A DNA stretch of 64,000 nt from Gekko japonicus. Lineage: Eukaryota. The stretch spans positions 1,635,097 through 1,699,096 of the forward strand of contig NW_015160838.1 in NCBI RefSeq assembly GCF_001447785.1. Direction: 5' to 3'. Position numbers and translations under genes: made by a program. Positions 12,379 through 24,113 of this stretch are shown here, piece by piece; position 1 is the first letter of the stretch; the number at the start of each line of letters is the position of its first letter. Under the pieces are notes generated by a model. That model had not been told where the DNA came from, ran no database searches, and saw only the letters and a list, made by a program, of their open reading frames with translations.

Positions 12379-12657
12379 GAAGAAGAAGAGATTGGATTTA
12401 TACCCCGCCCTTCACTACCCAAAGGAGTCTCAGAGTGGCTTACAATCTCCTTTCCCTTCCCCTCCGAACAACAGACACCCTGTGAGGTAGGTGGGCCTGA
12501 GAGAGCTCTGACAGGAACTGCTCTTTTTCAAGAACAGCTGTGCCAGAACTATGGCTTGCCCATGGTCATCCAGCAGGTGCAAGTGGAGGAGTGGGGAATC
12601 AAATTTGGTTCTCCCAGATTAGAGTCCGCACACTTAACCACTACACCAAACTGGCTC
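12379..12657 (-). mobile_element. Squam3-like SINE, (CTT)n-tail subfamily
   Basis: GAGCCAGTTTGGTGTAGTGGTTAAG head, (CTT)n tail. Confidence 0.85.
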
Positions 12658-12738
12658 AAAAACATGACAACAGACAGGTTGAATGTTTCTGCATACGAAA
12701 TATGACTCTGTAGATTCACAAAGAGGTAAAGACTGCCT

Positions 12739-12955
12739 CCCTGTCCTGGATAGCCCAGGACTGCCCAACCTTGTCAGATCTCAGAAGCTAAGCAGAGTCG
12801 GCCCTGGCTAGCATTTGGATGGGAGACCTCCGAGGAAGTCCAGGGTTGTGATAGGGAGCCAGGCAATGGCCAACCACCTCTGAACGTCTCTTGCCTCAAA
12901 ATCCCTACGGGGTCGCCATAAGTCAGCTGGGACCTGATGGCACTTTCCACCACCA
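12739..12955 (+). mobile_element. 5S rRNA-derived SINE (tail type A)
   Basis: 5S-like head; tail GGGGTCGCCATAAGTCAGCTG..GGCACTTTCCACCACCA. Confidence 0.85.
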
Positions 12956-13770
12956 AAGAGTGTGTGCGCGCGCACAGACACAAAACTTCCAACTTGATGA
13001 GGACTGAGCGAAAGCAAGTCAAGGTGGTTAAATCCAAGAAATACAAGTGGGTCAAAGCAGAATAATGGAAGGGGGGCATGCTCTTTCCCCCTCCTTCAGA
13101 ATGGCTGGGTCTACTGCTAAGGGACCGGGGTGGGGAGCATTTGGGCCAGGCTGGCCAATGGAAAGGGCCTCGTGCTCTCCCCCTCTTCCAATAAGCAGCC
13201 GCGTGGCTGGCCGCTGATGGAGCAGTGTGCCACTGCCTTACAATACATAACTAAGGGCCATTCAAGTGTACCTTAGGATCAAGCGGCAAACCCATGACGT
13301 TAGTCACAGAGCCAAAACCTTGCTGTGGAAGAACTGGATGCAACAATATTATCTTTTATTGCAAAAGAAATAAGAGAGAGAGAGATACTGCCATTCTGAA
13401 GAACTTCCACCAACACAAAAACATTCAACTACAAATTTCTACCATTCACTGAGCAGCCCACATCAGTCAACAATTGTTAACTACAAGTCAGTCCCATACT
13501 CAAACTATGTTACACTCTTCTTACTAAGTTTCCTTATTCAGAGATATCTTTAAAAACGGTCTCTTTCACTTGCCCATTAGGTTTGTTTCTGTACTCCTAA
13601 AGAATGAGGGGGTAGCCAGGTTCTCAGTAAATTTCTCCTGTACATCGCTTTTCCCTGCTTGAGTTTTCTTTTATAAATTGATTTCACCCATCGACATGAT
13701 ATACTGTATTTTGCGAGACCATATATCTGGCTGAAGTAACTTCAGAAAAGAGCCCACTGCCTTGGTCTTA

Positions 13771-14063
13771 AAGCCAGTTTTGGTGTTGTGGTTAAGTGTG
13801 AGAACTCTCATCTGGGGGAACCGGGTTTGATTCCCCACTCCTCCACTTGCCCCTGGCTGCATGACCTTGGGCAAGCCGTAGTTCCGGGGGGGGGGGGGTC
13901 CCCAGCCCTTTTGAGCCTGCAGTAACCGTTGGAATTCTGACACAGTGTGGGCGGGGGCTGCTGCAGGAGGCGGAGCCAGCCAGTAAATGGCTGCCTCAGC
14001 TAGCCTTCAGACTCCTTTGGGTAGTGAAGGGCGGGGTATAAATCCAATCTCTTCTTCTTCTTC
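13771..14063 (+). mobile_element. Squam3-like SINE with middle replaced by unrelated GC-rich fragment
   Basis: Head 13771-13882, tail ~13995-14063 ending (CTT)n. Confidence 0.75.
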
Positions 14064-14291
14064 AAATGCACTAGCTATAAGCAGGGTTCCCGCTAAACTG
14101 TGCATGTGAGTGGCTGCTCATTAACCGACGAAGCCCCGCTCAGCGGCAATCTGGAGCCACGCAGGGTCTTGCACTGCCCATTTTAAGTTTACAGCAGTTA
14201 TATTCTGCTCAGGATGTGAAATGCTCTGCTCAGTAGGGGAAAACATTAGAGGGATCATTGGCTATAGCACAGCTTTATTGGTTTCACTCAC

Positions 14292-14604
14292 CTGGTTTAC
14301 AGTGTCTAATAAATAGATGCTATATTCATTCCAGCTCAGCACCCAACCTTCCTGGAAAAAGCAGGAAATGAGGCCGAATTGCCTCTCGGGGAAACTGTAA
14401 CTTCCCTTGTCAGCGGGTTCCATCCGGGGATATAATTCAAAAGGTTTCATTCCAGCAGCGAACACGTCTTTCAAAATATAAGTGGCTTGTACAGTCCCGT
14501 GGACGTTCGATTTCCAAAGGCGAATCCCAGGCCTTGCGGCAAACAGCGTCAGGTCGCTTTGCTTACACAACCCAGGTATGAAACATGCTCCGATTTTTCC
14601 AGTG
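14292..14604 (-). CDS. TECPR2: TECPR2 exon 6
   Basis: 313 nt; TGKIGACFIPGLCKQSDLTLFAARPG...WNEYSIYLLDTVNQ; donor CAG|GTGAGT. Confidence 0.96.
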
Positions 14605-14799
14605 CTAAAATTGAAAAGCAAAAGTATGGGCAAACCACATAATGACACCAGGGGGTGGGGTGGAGAGGAGAAAAAGAGACCACCAGCGCCAACCACTTTA
14701 GTGTCCTAGCAAGGCTCTGGAGAGGCAGTATACAAATTTTCTAAACAACATAATTTTTGTGTTGCTTTTGTTTTGGTATTTATGCATTTTTGTGTTTGT

Positions 14800-15072
14800 G
14801 GTGTGTCTGTATGCCTGTGCCTGGAAGTCACGGTGACCGCTGGGGACTCCTACTGGGGCACGGAGGATGTTCAGAGAAGGGGCTCGATTCATATATTTTC
14901 CTCTCTGTGTTGCTTGCCAATAAAGCCCTCTATATTGGTTTGCAGAGGCCTCTGACCTCCCAGCCCTGGTATTCTCTGGAGGTCTCCCATCCAAATACTT
15001 GCCAGGGTCGGCCCTGCTTAGCTTCTGCAATCTGACAAGATCGGGCTTGCCTGGGCTACCCAGGTCAGGGCT
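14800..15072 (-). mobile_element. 5S rRNA-derived SINE (tail type B, internal insert)
   Basis: 5S-like head at ~14965-15072 on the minus strand. Confidence 0.8.
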
Positions 15073-15511
15073 CAAACAACGTAAATTTGAAAATGCTTTG
15101 CAATGTTGAACAAATTAGGAGCCTTGTGCGATGAATAAACAACCTTTGCATATTTGTAACGAATGACCTGAAATACAGAGCAGGAAGAATATAAACCAGG
15201 ATTCACAGAAACATGTGCCATCTTCCTTGCGCATAACAGATATTTGCCAGCTCCTTTCCTGTTGCAGCCTCTAGAAATTTATTTCTGAAGGTCAGAAGAT
15301 TCTCTGGAGCATTTTAGGGCCCAGTACAGGGAAATCTCATCAGATCTTGGAAGCTAAGTCGAGTTGGTCCTGGTTAGTATTTGGATAGGAAGTCTACCAC
15401 CAAGGAAGTCCAGGGTCACTCTGCAGAGGCAGGCACTGACAGACCCACCTCTGAATGTCTCTTGCCTTGAAAATCCTAGATGGTTGCCTGTGACTTGACA
15501 GCACTTTCCAC

Positions 15512-15717
15512 CAGTGTTCCCTCTAAGCTGAGTTAGTGTGAGCTAGCTCCCAGGTTTTTAGTCTCCGGCTCACACATTTTTGTCTTAGCTCGGGAAGGAG
15601 GACTCCAGAGCCAACTCATTTATGCAGTAGCCAAACTGCTCACTCACGACTTTAATGCCAGTAGCTCACAAAGTAGAATTGTTGCTCACAAGACTCCACA
15701 GCTTAGAGGGAGCATTG
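15512..15717 (+). mobile_element. hAT-type MITE (TIR CAGTGTTCCCTCTAAGCTG), inserted in a SINE tail
   Basis: TIRs plus perfect 8-bp TSD CTTTCCAC. Confidence 0.9.
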
Positions 15718-16327
15718 CTTTCCACCACCACAGGGAGAGGCAGTCAGGGAAGAAATCAAGCAATCGGCACTCACACAGAAGTGATTTTTACTTATATACA
15801 GGGTTCTCTGAATTCTGATCAAGTGTCTCCCCCCTCTCACAAAAGAAGGATAGATAACTATTTTCAACCCAGATAATGTAAGGGTATGCCAAAACCAAAC
15901 AATGAATCTGTAAGTCTGGCAGAAATTTATTCTGCTTCCGATTTTTTTTGCTCTGGAAACAAATATAGAGGGCTCTATTGGAAAGCAACACAGAGAGGAA
16001 AATATATGAATGGATACAGAAGTTTGAATTAGACTCAAGGATCATGGGATAATAGCCAAGAAGGGTAAGAGAGCAGCATGGGATATTAATGCCCTGCTCA
16101 TGACAAGCAGGATTTCAGATAAGCACACCTATCTCTCGTCAGAATAATTAAAGTAATAAAACGATCATACTTCAAATGATCTACTTAACAGCTTCAGAGA
16201 AAGGACGCTGAATGGAAAAAAATATTTTATGCAAAGCATTATGTTGAATGACTTCATTACCCAAACCCCATCTCTACAAATCTGAAACTAAATGGTATTT
16301 GTTTGCATCAAAATTTAATGGAGTTAC

Positions 16328-16485
16328 TTTTTCCTGGGCTGGGTTCCAACTTGCTTGACAGATTTCTCTTCTGTGTAAAACAGTAGACTTCGCTGTAGAG
16401 TGGAGACCAGCAACACTTTCTGGCTGTAATCTAGCTGCACAATTGAAGACGGCTCTTCCAAGACCAAACTGGAATTGCAACGACC
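16328..16485 (-). CDS. TECPR2: TECPR2 exon 5 (complete copy, downstream of the L1 in transcription order)
   Basis: 158 nt; GRCNSSLVLEEPSSIVQLDYSQKVLLVSTLQRSLLFYTEEKSVKQVGTQPRK; donor AA|GTAACT; frame fits exons 4 and 6. Confidence 0.95.
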
Positions 16486-16548
16486 CTGGAGAGACATAAC
16501 AGGGACACAGAACACCGTCGTTTCCCAAGTTAAGAACCTGACTATGCT
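16381..16548 (+). repeat. 168-bp direct repeat, left copy (target-site duplication)
   Basis: 167/168 identical to 18157-18324; single C/T difference at 16519 vs 18295. Confidence 0.97.
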
Positions 16549-18156
16549 GCGATGGCGGAGGCTCTCTCCTGAACGGGGGAGGCATTCCGCGCTCCAGGGG
16601 TGCTGGAGGGGTGTCACCTCAAGTGGCACCCCCAGGTGAGCCTCAGTGTGGGGCTCCAAGCCGGGGGCGCTTGAGGGGCGACCTCTTCCACGGCTTGAAG
16701 CCGGGGAATTGAGGCGCTCCTCCCTGCCCCATTCGGTCCACCCCCTGAGAGGCTCGGTTTTTACCGAGCATAGCTGAATGCCGATCGGGACAAGCAAGCG
16801 GGTCAGCGAATGAAGCATGATTAAAAGGAGTCTGTGATCAGACTGTCAAGGAACTGGAGAATGAGACGAGCGAAGAAGCTTTAAAAGTGAGTTCCGATCC
16901 CCCCCCCACCCTCAGCGGCGTCGGGAGGAATCCCAGACGTAAACAAACCGAACTGTGATTTAAAGAGACGGGGAGGGGGAGAAGACAATTAATCACTCAA
17001 GCGTGCCAGAGACTTAGCTGTTTTTTGCGGATAAACCAGCACTTGCTGAAGAAGTGTGAAAAAGCACTCTTTAGTATAAACAAAGCGGAAAATGGCCGGC
17101 TTCCGAGGGAGAGGAGTGAGATGGGGGCGTGGTTCTCAAAGTCCGAGAGTGGAGGAAGGAGATGTTTTCTCCACACTAACAGAGCTGCTTCGGCCCATTC
17201 ATGAAAGACTCGATGGCCTTAACCAATTGATTGCTGCCTCAAACCAGAGCATGGCAAAACAGCAACAGCAGATCACCGAGCTTGTGAAAAAATCGATCCA
17301 AACTGATGAAAAACTTAAAGAGACCACACATGATGCTAAAAAGCTGAAGAAAAGAGTTGGTCTGATGGAACAAAAGCAGGATCTACACGAAAGGAAGCTA
17401 TTGAACCTACAAATGGACAAAGCGAATAAAACCCTTAGATTCCAAGGGGTGGCTGAGACGACAGGAGAAATTTTGAAAGATGTGGCAGCTGAGCTAATCG
17501 CTCTATCGCTCGGCATTGCAACGGCTGAAGCGCATGCAGAGATAGAAGTGACATATCGTTCTTACTCTAAATATATTAAGCAAAACAAACTGCCGGGCGA
17601 GATCGTGGTCAAATTTCTCCGACGACAGACAAGAGATGATATTCTCAAAGCAACAGCAGACAAACCCCTGCAAATGGGATCAGCAAGTATCAGGGTCCTT
17701 AAGGACGTTCCATTTGAGGTTCGACAGAAAAGAAAAGCGTACAAAGAACTCATCTCAACACTTCAGATCAACCAAATTCAATACTCCTGGCTTTTTCCAG
17801 AAGGGGTCCAATTCAAATATAGAGACAAAAGAGAAAAAATCGACTCGGTGTTAAAAGCAGAAGAATGGTTGAAGCAATTCTTCGGACAGAAAGAGGAAGA
17901 GCAGCAAGACGGAGGAGGCCAGGCAGCTGACCTGGAAGAGACGGACAGAGACCTACTTGGAGCAGAAGGAGGCACGGCCAGAGAAGCATATGACTTGCGG
18001 CTAAGAGTTGCCAAATAGCACTTATGAACTAAAAAGACTTATGGATGAGCTGGAAGAAGTCTATGTGCACACTGAGAAGAAATTAGATATACAACAAAAT
18101 GGACTAACTAATCTCCTAAATTCCTTGACTTAATGAAAGCATTAATCTTTATAACT
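16549..18156 (+). mobile_element. L1-clade element: CpG-rich 5'UTR + intact ORF1 + ~140 nt, no ORF2 or poly(A)
   Basis: Starts GCGATGGCGG (YY1-like); bounded by a 168-bp direct repeat; carries ORF1. Confidence 0.88.
17092..18018 (+). CDS. L1 ORF1p-like RNA-binding protein, 308 aa, intact
   Basis: Coiled coil, then TLRFQGVAE..PGEIVVKF..RDDILK (RRM-like), then IRVLKDVP..RQKRKAY..YSWLFP (ORF1p C-terminal domain pattern). Confidence 0.88.
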   Translation: MAGFRGRGVRWGRGSQSPRVEEGDVFSTLTELLRPIHERLDGLNQLIAASNQSMAKQQQQITELVKKSIQTDEKLKETTHDAKKLKKRVGLMEQKQDLHERKLLNLQMDKANKTLRFQGVAETTGEILKDVAAELIALSLGIATAEAHAEIEVTYRSYSKYIKQNKLPGEIVVKFLRRQTRDDILKATADKPLQMGSASIRVLKDVPFEVRQKRKAYKELISTLQINQIQYSWLFPEGVQFKYRDKREKIDSVLKAEEWLKQFFGQKEEEQQDGGGQAADLEETDRDLLGAEGGTAREAYDLRLRVAK

Positions 18157-18324
18157 CAGTAGACTTCGCTGTAGAGTGGAGACCAGCAACACTTTCTGGC
18201 TGTAATCTAGCTGCACAATTGAAGACGGCTCTTCCAAGACCAAACTGGAATTGCAACGACCCTGGAGAGACATAACAGGGACACAGAACACCGTTGTTTC
18301 CCAAGTTAAGAACCTGACTATGCT
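18157..18324 (-). pseudogene. TECPR2: 168-bp direct repeat, right copy: intron end + acceptor + first 105 nt of TECPR2 exon 5 (18261-18157)
   Basis: Same sequence as 16381-16548; reading continues into antisense L1 and stops after SYKD. Confidence 0.93.
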
Positions 18325-20349
18325 TTTAACAGTGCTGGATCAAATTAAAGAAGATAGAACCTGAAACTGATAGGCACCACTGGAGTTCAGTTCACGCTGG
18401 ACCATTTATGCAGAAGGAGCAAGTGTTCTTTTCCCCCCGATACTTGGCTTGACAGATCTCCTTGAACAACCTTGAAGATAGGCAAGGCCCAACAACCCCA
18501 CAGCTGAGCACAGACTGTGAATCTAGTGATGATCCAACATAAACTGGGATATGAGCAAACAAACCCTTTGGGGAAAACTCAGACTCACAAAAGCTTATGC
18601 TGGAATAAATTCTGTTATTCTTTTGAGAGCCACTGGACTCCTACTTTGGGGGAAACCCAGCAATTTCAGCAGACCCTATAGCAAACTGTAGTATATTTCG
18701 GGAAAAGTGAACAAAACCAGCTGGAAAAAGGGATCTATGGATCCCCTAAAGAAGATCCATAGAGCAGACGACACTTACCAGGCCTTCTTCAATGCAGCTG
18801 TGGTATCTTCTAAAAAGCCTCTTCTAATGACCACAGTATTTATAATCAACAATCCACCACAGAAATTCAGGAGGGCTAAGCAGGTTACATAATTTATTGT
18901 GCACCTGGGGTTTGTTACCTGGATACAGCACACATTCTGATCTCTAAACTACAGACTCCTAAGCTGAGGGGCAGAGTGGGAATGATGCACCTTGGAAAAT
19001 TAAGTCACTGTGTTGGATGCATCCACTGCTCCATCCCCAAAGGAATGCAGAGGGTCCATGCTATACTGACCTCCACTGTCTTTGAGCAGTAAGCAGCACC
19101 TCTAAGGAAAGGAGCAAGCATTCGTTCAGATTCCTTGACACTATCTGTGCTGCAGAAGACAGGTACAGTGCAGAAGAAAAGGCCAAAAAGACTGTCATTG
19201 CCAAGATAACAGCAGGCAGAAGGAAGTGTGGGAAGCCAGAAAGCCACACAGACCAGGGTATCCCACAGTTTGGGGGCGGAGGAGGAATGCTTGCTGGACT
19301 GGGAGCTGATTCACTTGATACTTAAAAAGAGATGCAAGCATTTTCTCAGTTGTGCCACCACTATTTTAAAACTTCCCGGGAGAACAAAACAAAGCAGAAA
19401 AAAGCAGCAAACAAAACACGGAAATAAAGAAAGGAGAAGGAAGGAAAGAAAGATGCAAATGTATCCTTAATCAAGTAACAATAGACATGAAAACTATTTA
19501 GAACTTGTTCCGCCTTCCACAGTGAAATCATATAGAACTAATCCAAGCCATGCTGAAGTGGTCATAATACCAAAATAAATGAAGATTAAATCATTTCCAA
19601 CTGTCCAAGAACGGACCATATTGGAAAGTGCAGAATATTTCAGGTAAGGGGACTAAACCGTTAAGAAATTATTCAGACTAGCTTGACAGACAAGCTTTGC
19701 CACCAAACATACATCAGTGCCAGTCTGTTGACTTTTATTGTGAAATCTGGTATTTTTGGATGTCTTGTTATTACTAGCACCACAAAGTCTTTATGAATGG
19801 AACACTGTGCCTTTGTATCAACTACATTAAGCTGCCATAACTCCAAGTCCTCAGGAAACTGGGCTCCAACTATCGTGCTAACTTTAAACAAAGCATTATT
19901 TCCCCCCACCCCCCGCCTGATCCGTAATGTTAAGGTAACTCCACAGCATATTTTCCTATTTTACAACTTCTATCCTACCATAATCCTCAGACCAGCTGGC
20001 AGCAGCTGAAAGCCATGACATTCAATCAATAAAATTGAATCAATTTTAGTAAGAACTGCATAAAGAACAATTGCAAATCCATTAGCAGCAGCAAGTTCCA
20101 ATAAAATATCCTTTAAACTGGGAATATAAATGTCCTTTCTTCCACATTTGCCAGAATAACGCAGTCTTAACCAGTCTCCCAACTCAAAACACAGCAGGTC
20201 TGCCTTAACTCTCTCTAGGAAAGGGTTCCACCACCACAGACAAAGCCCTGCCCCTGGTGCAAGGCAGCCTAATTAAACAACGCCAACACTTGTAGGAAGC
20301 TCCAATCTGGTGACTTAAGCAAACAAAGTGGTTCCTACAGGATGAAGAA

Positions 20350-21042
20350 GTCTTATAGGAGAGGCTAAAGGCCAAAGGCCCATCCAGTCCAACACTCTGT
20401 ATCACACAGTGGCCAGAAATACCAGTGCCATCAGGAGGTCCACCAGTGGGGCCAGGACATTAGAAGCCCTCCCACTGTTGACCCCCCCCCCCAAGCACCA
20501 AGAAGACAGAGCATCACTTGCCCCAGAGTCCCTATCTATACCTTGTGGCTAATAGCCACTGATGGACCTCTGCTCCATATGCTTATCTAATTCCCTTTTG
20601 AAGCCGTCCATGCTTGTAGCCGCCACCACTTCCTGTGGCAGTGAATTCCAAGTGTTAATCACTCTTTGGGTGAAAGAAGTACTTCCTTTTATCCGTTCTA
20701 ACCCGACCGCTCAGCAATTTCATGGTGTGCTCACGAGTTCTTGTATTGTGAGAAAGGGAGAAAAGTACCTCTTTCTCTACCTGCACTTTCCCATGCATAA
20801 TTTTATAAACCTCGATCATGTCACCCCTCAGTCGTCGTTTCTCCAAGCTAAAGAGCCCTAAGCGCCTTGACCTTTCCTCATAGGGAAAGTGTTCCGACCC
20901 TTTTATCATTCGAGTTGCCCTTTTCTGCACTTTTTCCAAAGCTATAATATCCTTTTTAAGGAGTGGTGACCAGAATTGCACACAGTATTCCAAATGAGGT
21001 TGCACCATTGATTTATATAGGGACATTATGATATTGGCTGAT
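20350..21042 (-). mobile_element. CR1 LINE 3' end
   Basis: LYKSMVQPHLEYCVQFWSP..LEKVQKRATRMIKG..LEKRRLRGDMIEVYKI. Confidence 0.93.
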
Positions 21043-21354
21043 CTTATACCGCCTTTCCACCCGATCAGGGTCCACATGGTGGTGAACGTAAAATACATTA
21101 AAACAATTAAAATACAGTTAAAATTATAAAATAATTATATTAAAAACACATAAGGAACACAAGAAGGAGGGCCACTATTATTGTACAGGCCAGAAAAAAC
21201 AAAAAGATGAGATGCCAACAGGCCAGAACATTGTACGATTGCTCATATTAAAAAGGGCTCACAGAAATGAAAGGCCCAGCCTTCCTTGTCTCCAGTACTG
21301 CCTTCAATTTTGATGCAGAAACTACCTGCCCCCTGATCTGGAGCAACTCCTTAC

Positions 21355-21486
21355 CTGATCGAAATCCAACGCAGAGTAGACGATTTTCCCTTTGTCATCT
21401 CCGGAGTATAATTTCATTCCGTTGGGACTCCATGCCAAAGCTGTGATGCTACTTTTGTGGATTCCAGACACGTCAAATCTTCGAAG
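21355..21486 (-). CDS. TECPR2: TECPR2 exon 4
   Basis: 132 nt; LRRFDVSGIHKSSITALAWSPNGMKLYSGDDKGKIVYSALDFDQ (WD40-like). Confidence 0.96.
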
Positions 21487-21830
21487 CTGCAAAAAAGACT
21501 CCCAAGTGAACATACCAAAGGAACTGAGTAAGGGGCAGGAAATGGGCAGAAAGCCTATTCTACGGTCCAATTAACATAGCGGTGCTTTTCTCTGACTAGG
21601 CAAGCGATTTCACTTTAACATGTATCAGGAATTTCACAGAAGCCTGTTTCCAGACAAAGATGACCTGTATAATTAGGGATTTCGAAAAAGCCCTACTCAT
21701 ACCACGAAGCTAAAACACGCTTGCTAGATACTGCGTTAAGCACATGTCCTTAACCTGACGGCCAGGAAACTGCACAATTAATTAGAGGCTGTCTCAAACA
21801 CCACAGGTTTTAATCAAGTTTGGGTCTTAC

Positions 21831-21959
21831 TTGTTTGTTTCTCCCAGGCAACGAAGAGACCAGCTGAAAAACAGCAATCTTGCCTGAAGCTGTTCCAACC
21901 GCAACAAGATCATCAAAGCAGCTCAAGAGTTTCACAACCGTAATAGACTCACTTTTCCC
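21831..21959 (-). CDS. TECPR2: TECPR2 exon 3
   Basis: 129 nt; GKSESITVVKLLSCFDDLVAVGTASGKIAVFQLVSSLPGRNKQ. Confidence 0.96.
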
Positions 21960-23894
21960 CTGATCAAACAAGAGCAAAAACGTTAAGTGTGAAATGAAGG
22001 CAGCAAGTTTCCAGATGCAAGCCCAACAGTTTTATTTGTGCTGGCTGGAACTGGGATGCCCGAGGGAGCGCTTCCTCCATATGGGTCGTCCCCCTGATCC
22101 TCACCCCCCAGAACTTGAAATTCTCCAAGATGTTGCTTCAGAGTCTGTGCTCAGTTATGGAAGAACACCAGTGTGGTGTAGGATCTGGCGTGGCCCCCTA
22201 GCCTCAGGTAGACCCATGTCGAAACTCCCAGCTGCCATGAAACTTACTTGAGCCAGTCATTTGCTCTCGGGCTATCCTACTTCACAGGGTTGTTGGGAGG
22301 GTAAAATGGAGGAGAGGAGAACTACACACGCTACCTTGAGCTGCTTACAGGAAGATGGAGGAATGTACTAAATAGCATGGAGCAGAACCTCCTCAACTGG
22401 GTTCCCTCCAACTTCCACAAAGTTTTCTTCCAGCAAGTTTGTGTATATTGTGTGTATGAATGGAGGATGGAAATTGAACTGGCTCCTTCTATGATTTGTG
22501 AGAGTGCAGGAAGAGGAACTGTTGGGGAACAGCTTGTCAACTACACAACACCTCACCTGTATGCATCTCTTTCCTGTCCTACATATATAAAGCCTAGATA
22601 GGGCCGGAGGCACAAGCCGTTTAACAAAAGAGATTAGTCCATGGCTCAGAGCCAATGACGACTGGGTGAACCAGTCAGCGGACTTAAAACTTGCACAAGA
22701 TTTGGTTTTGTGCTTTAAAAAACAAATACCTGTTTTTTTCTTAATTAAATTATTTAAATTGGATGTTTTTTGTGAGCCACTTGAAAACAGAGCACTAAAC
22801 TACCAAAATAAATAAACACCTTGTTAGACCTCTAGATTTGTTTTGCTAATGTAACCACTTTTCATTTTTATGTTTACACACTGGTCTCAGGGTACTGTTT
22901 ATTACGTTTCTTCATTTATACCCCACTTTTCTCTCCAAGGGGGCCCAAAGCAGCTCATGTTATTTTCCTCTCCTCCATGTTATCCTTACAACAACCCTGT
23001 GAGGTAGGTTAGGCAGAGAGTGGCCCAAAGTCACCCAACAATCTTTCACTGCAGATGCAAATATGGGTCCTCCCAGACCCTATCCTGACATTCTAACCAC
23101 TACATCATGCTGGTATGATGGCACATGATACAGCAACCTTGGTGATGTTAATAAACTATGCTCTGGTCACTGCCCGGATCTCAAATCTCTCCTGGGAACG
23201 TATGTGCAACATCTAAAGCTCCATAGTGAAAGAAAGGTAGGACATCAATGAAATAAATCAATAAAACAAATCATCGGTAACTTTCTGCCATCATGGAATC
23301 TACATTTGGTTGATTTGGTGGGAAATATGTTTTAGTGTGATTAGATAAAAATGTCACCCAGTTGGATTCAAAAGACCTGGTTTTTGGATCATTTAAATAA
23401 AGCACCAGCTATACAACAACAAAAAAAGGATAACTTAAAAGATTAAAAAAGGAGATGCAGCTTAAAACCAACCTGTAAAACATGCTGAACAGAATAACAG
23501 GATTATAGACAATTAGACAGAGAGTGAAACTGAACTTAGTGTTAGATAAATTTACATAAAGGGCTAGAGGGACAGAAGTGTTAGTCTTCCACAGTGAAAA
23601 CAAACAGGTATCTTAAACTTCAAAGACTCTTTTTTTCTTTTAATGCAGCATAAGCTTCCCTGTACTACAGCCCACTTCGTCATGCGTCTGAGAAACTGGG
23701 TTCCAGTCCAATCTTATGCTGGAATACATTTCCTGAGGGGCAGGCGACATGATTCCTCTTTGGTTTTTAAAGCGACCGCCGCACCTTTCGCTCGCAGACA
23801 GCTAACAGATGTTAAAACTGAGGGCAGAAACCTCGGGTATATTCTGGGAAAAAATGAAGCCGTACACTTTTAAACAACGTATGTTCACTCTTAC

Positions 23895-24113
23895 CTCAAA
23901 ATTGTACTTCTTCATCTGGTTCAGGTGCCTGCAGTACAGATACAGCATCCCGATACTGCTGCCCACAGCAATGTAGTCCCCATTAGTGTCGAGGGCAGTG
24001 AGGTACACCACAATGGAACGGAATCCCTTCTGGATCCTCGTAGGGATGGCATTCAGGAGGTAGTACAAGGGGCAGAACTCCTTGAAAGTAAAGGATGGCG
24101 TCACCGATGCCAT
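23895..24113 (-). CDS. TECPR2: TECPR2 exon 2 coding part (ATG at 24113; exon starts at 24135)
   Basis: 219 nt; MASVTPSFTFKEFCPLYYLLNAIPTRIQKGFRSIVVYLTALDTNGDYIAVGSSIGMLYLYCRHLNQMKKYNFE. Confidence 0.97.

Noticed and set aside
18041-18133. 30-codon ORF after L1 ORF1 as ORF2 start
   Set aside because: No endonuclease N-terminal motif and it terminates quickly
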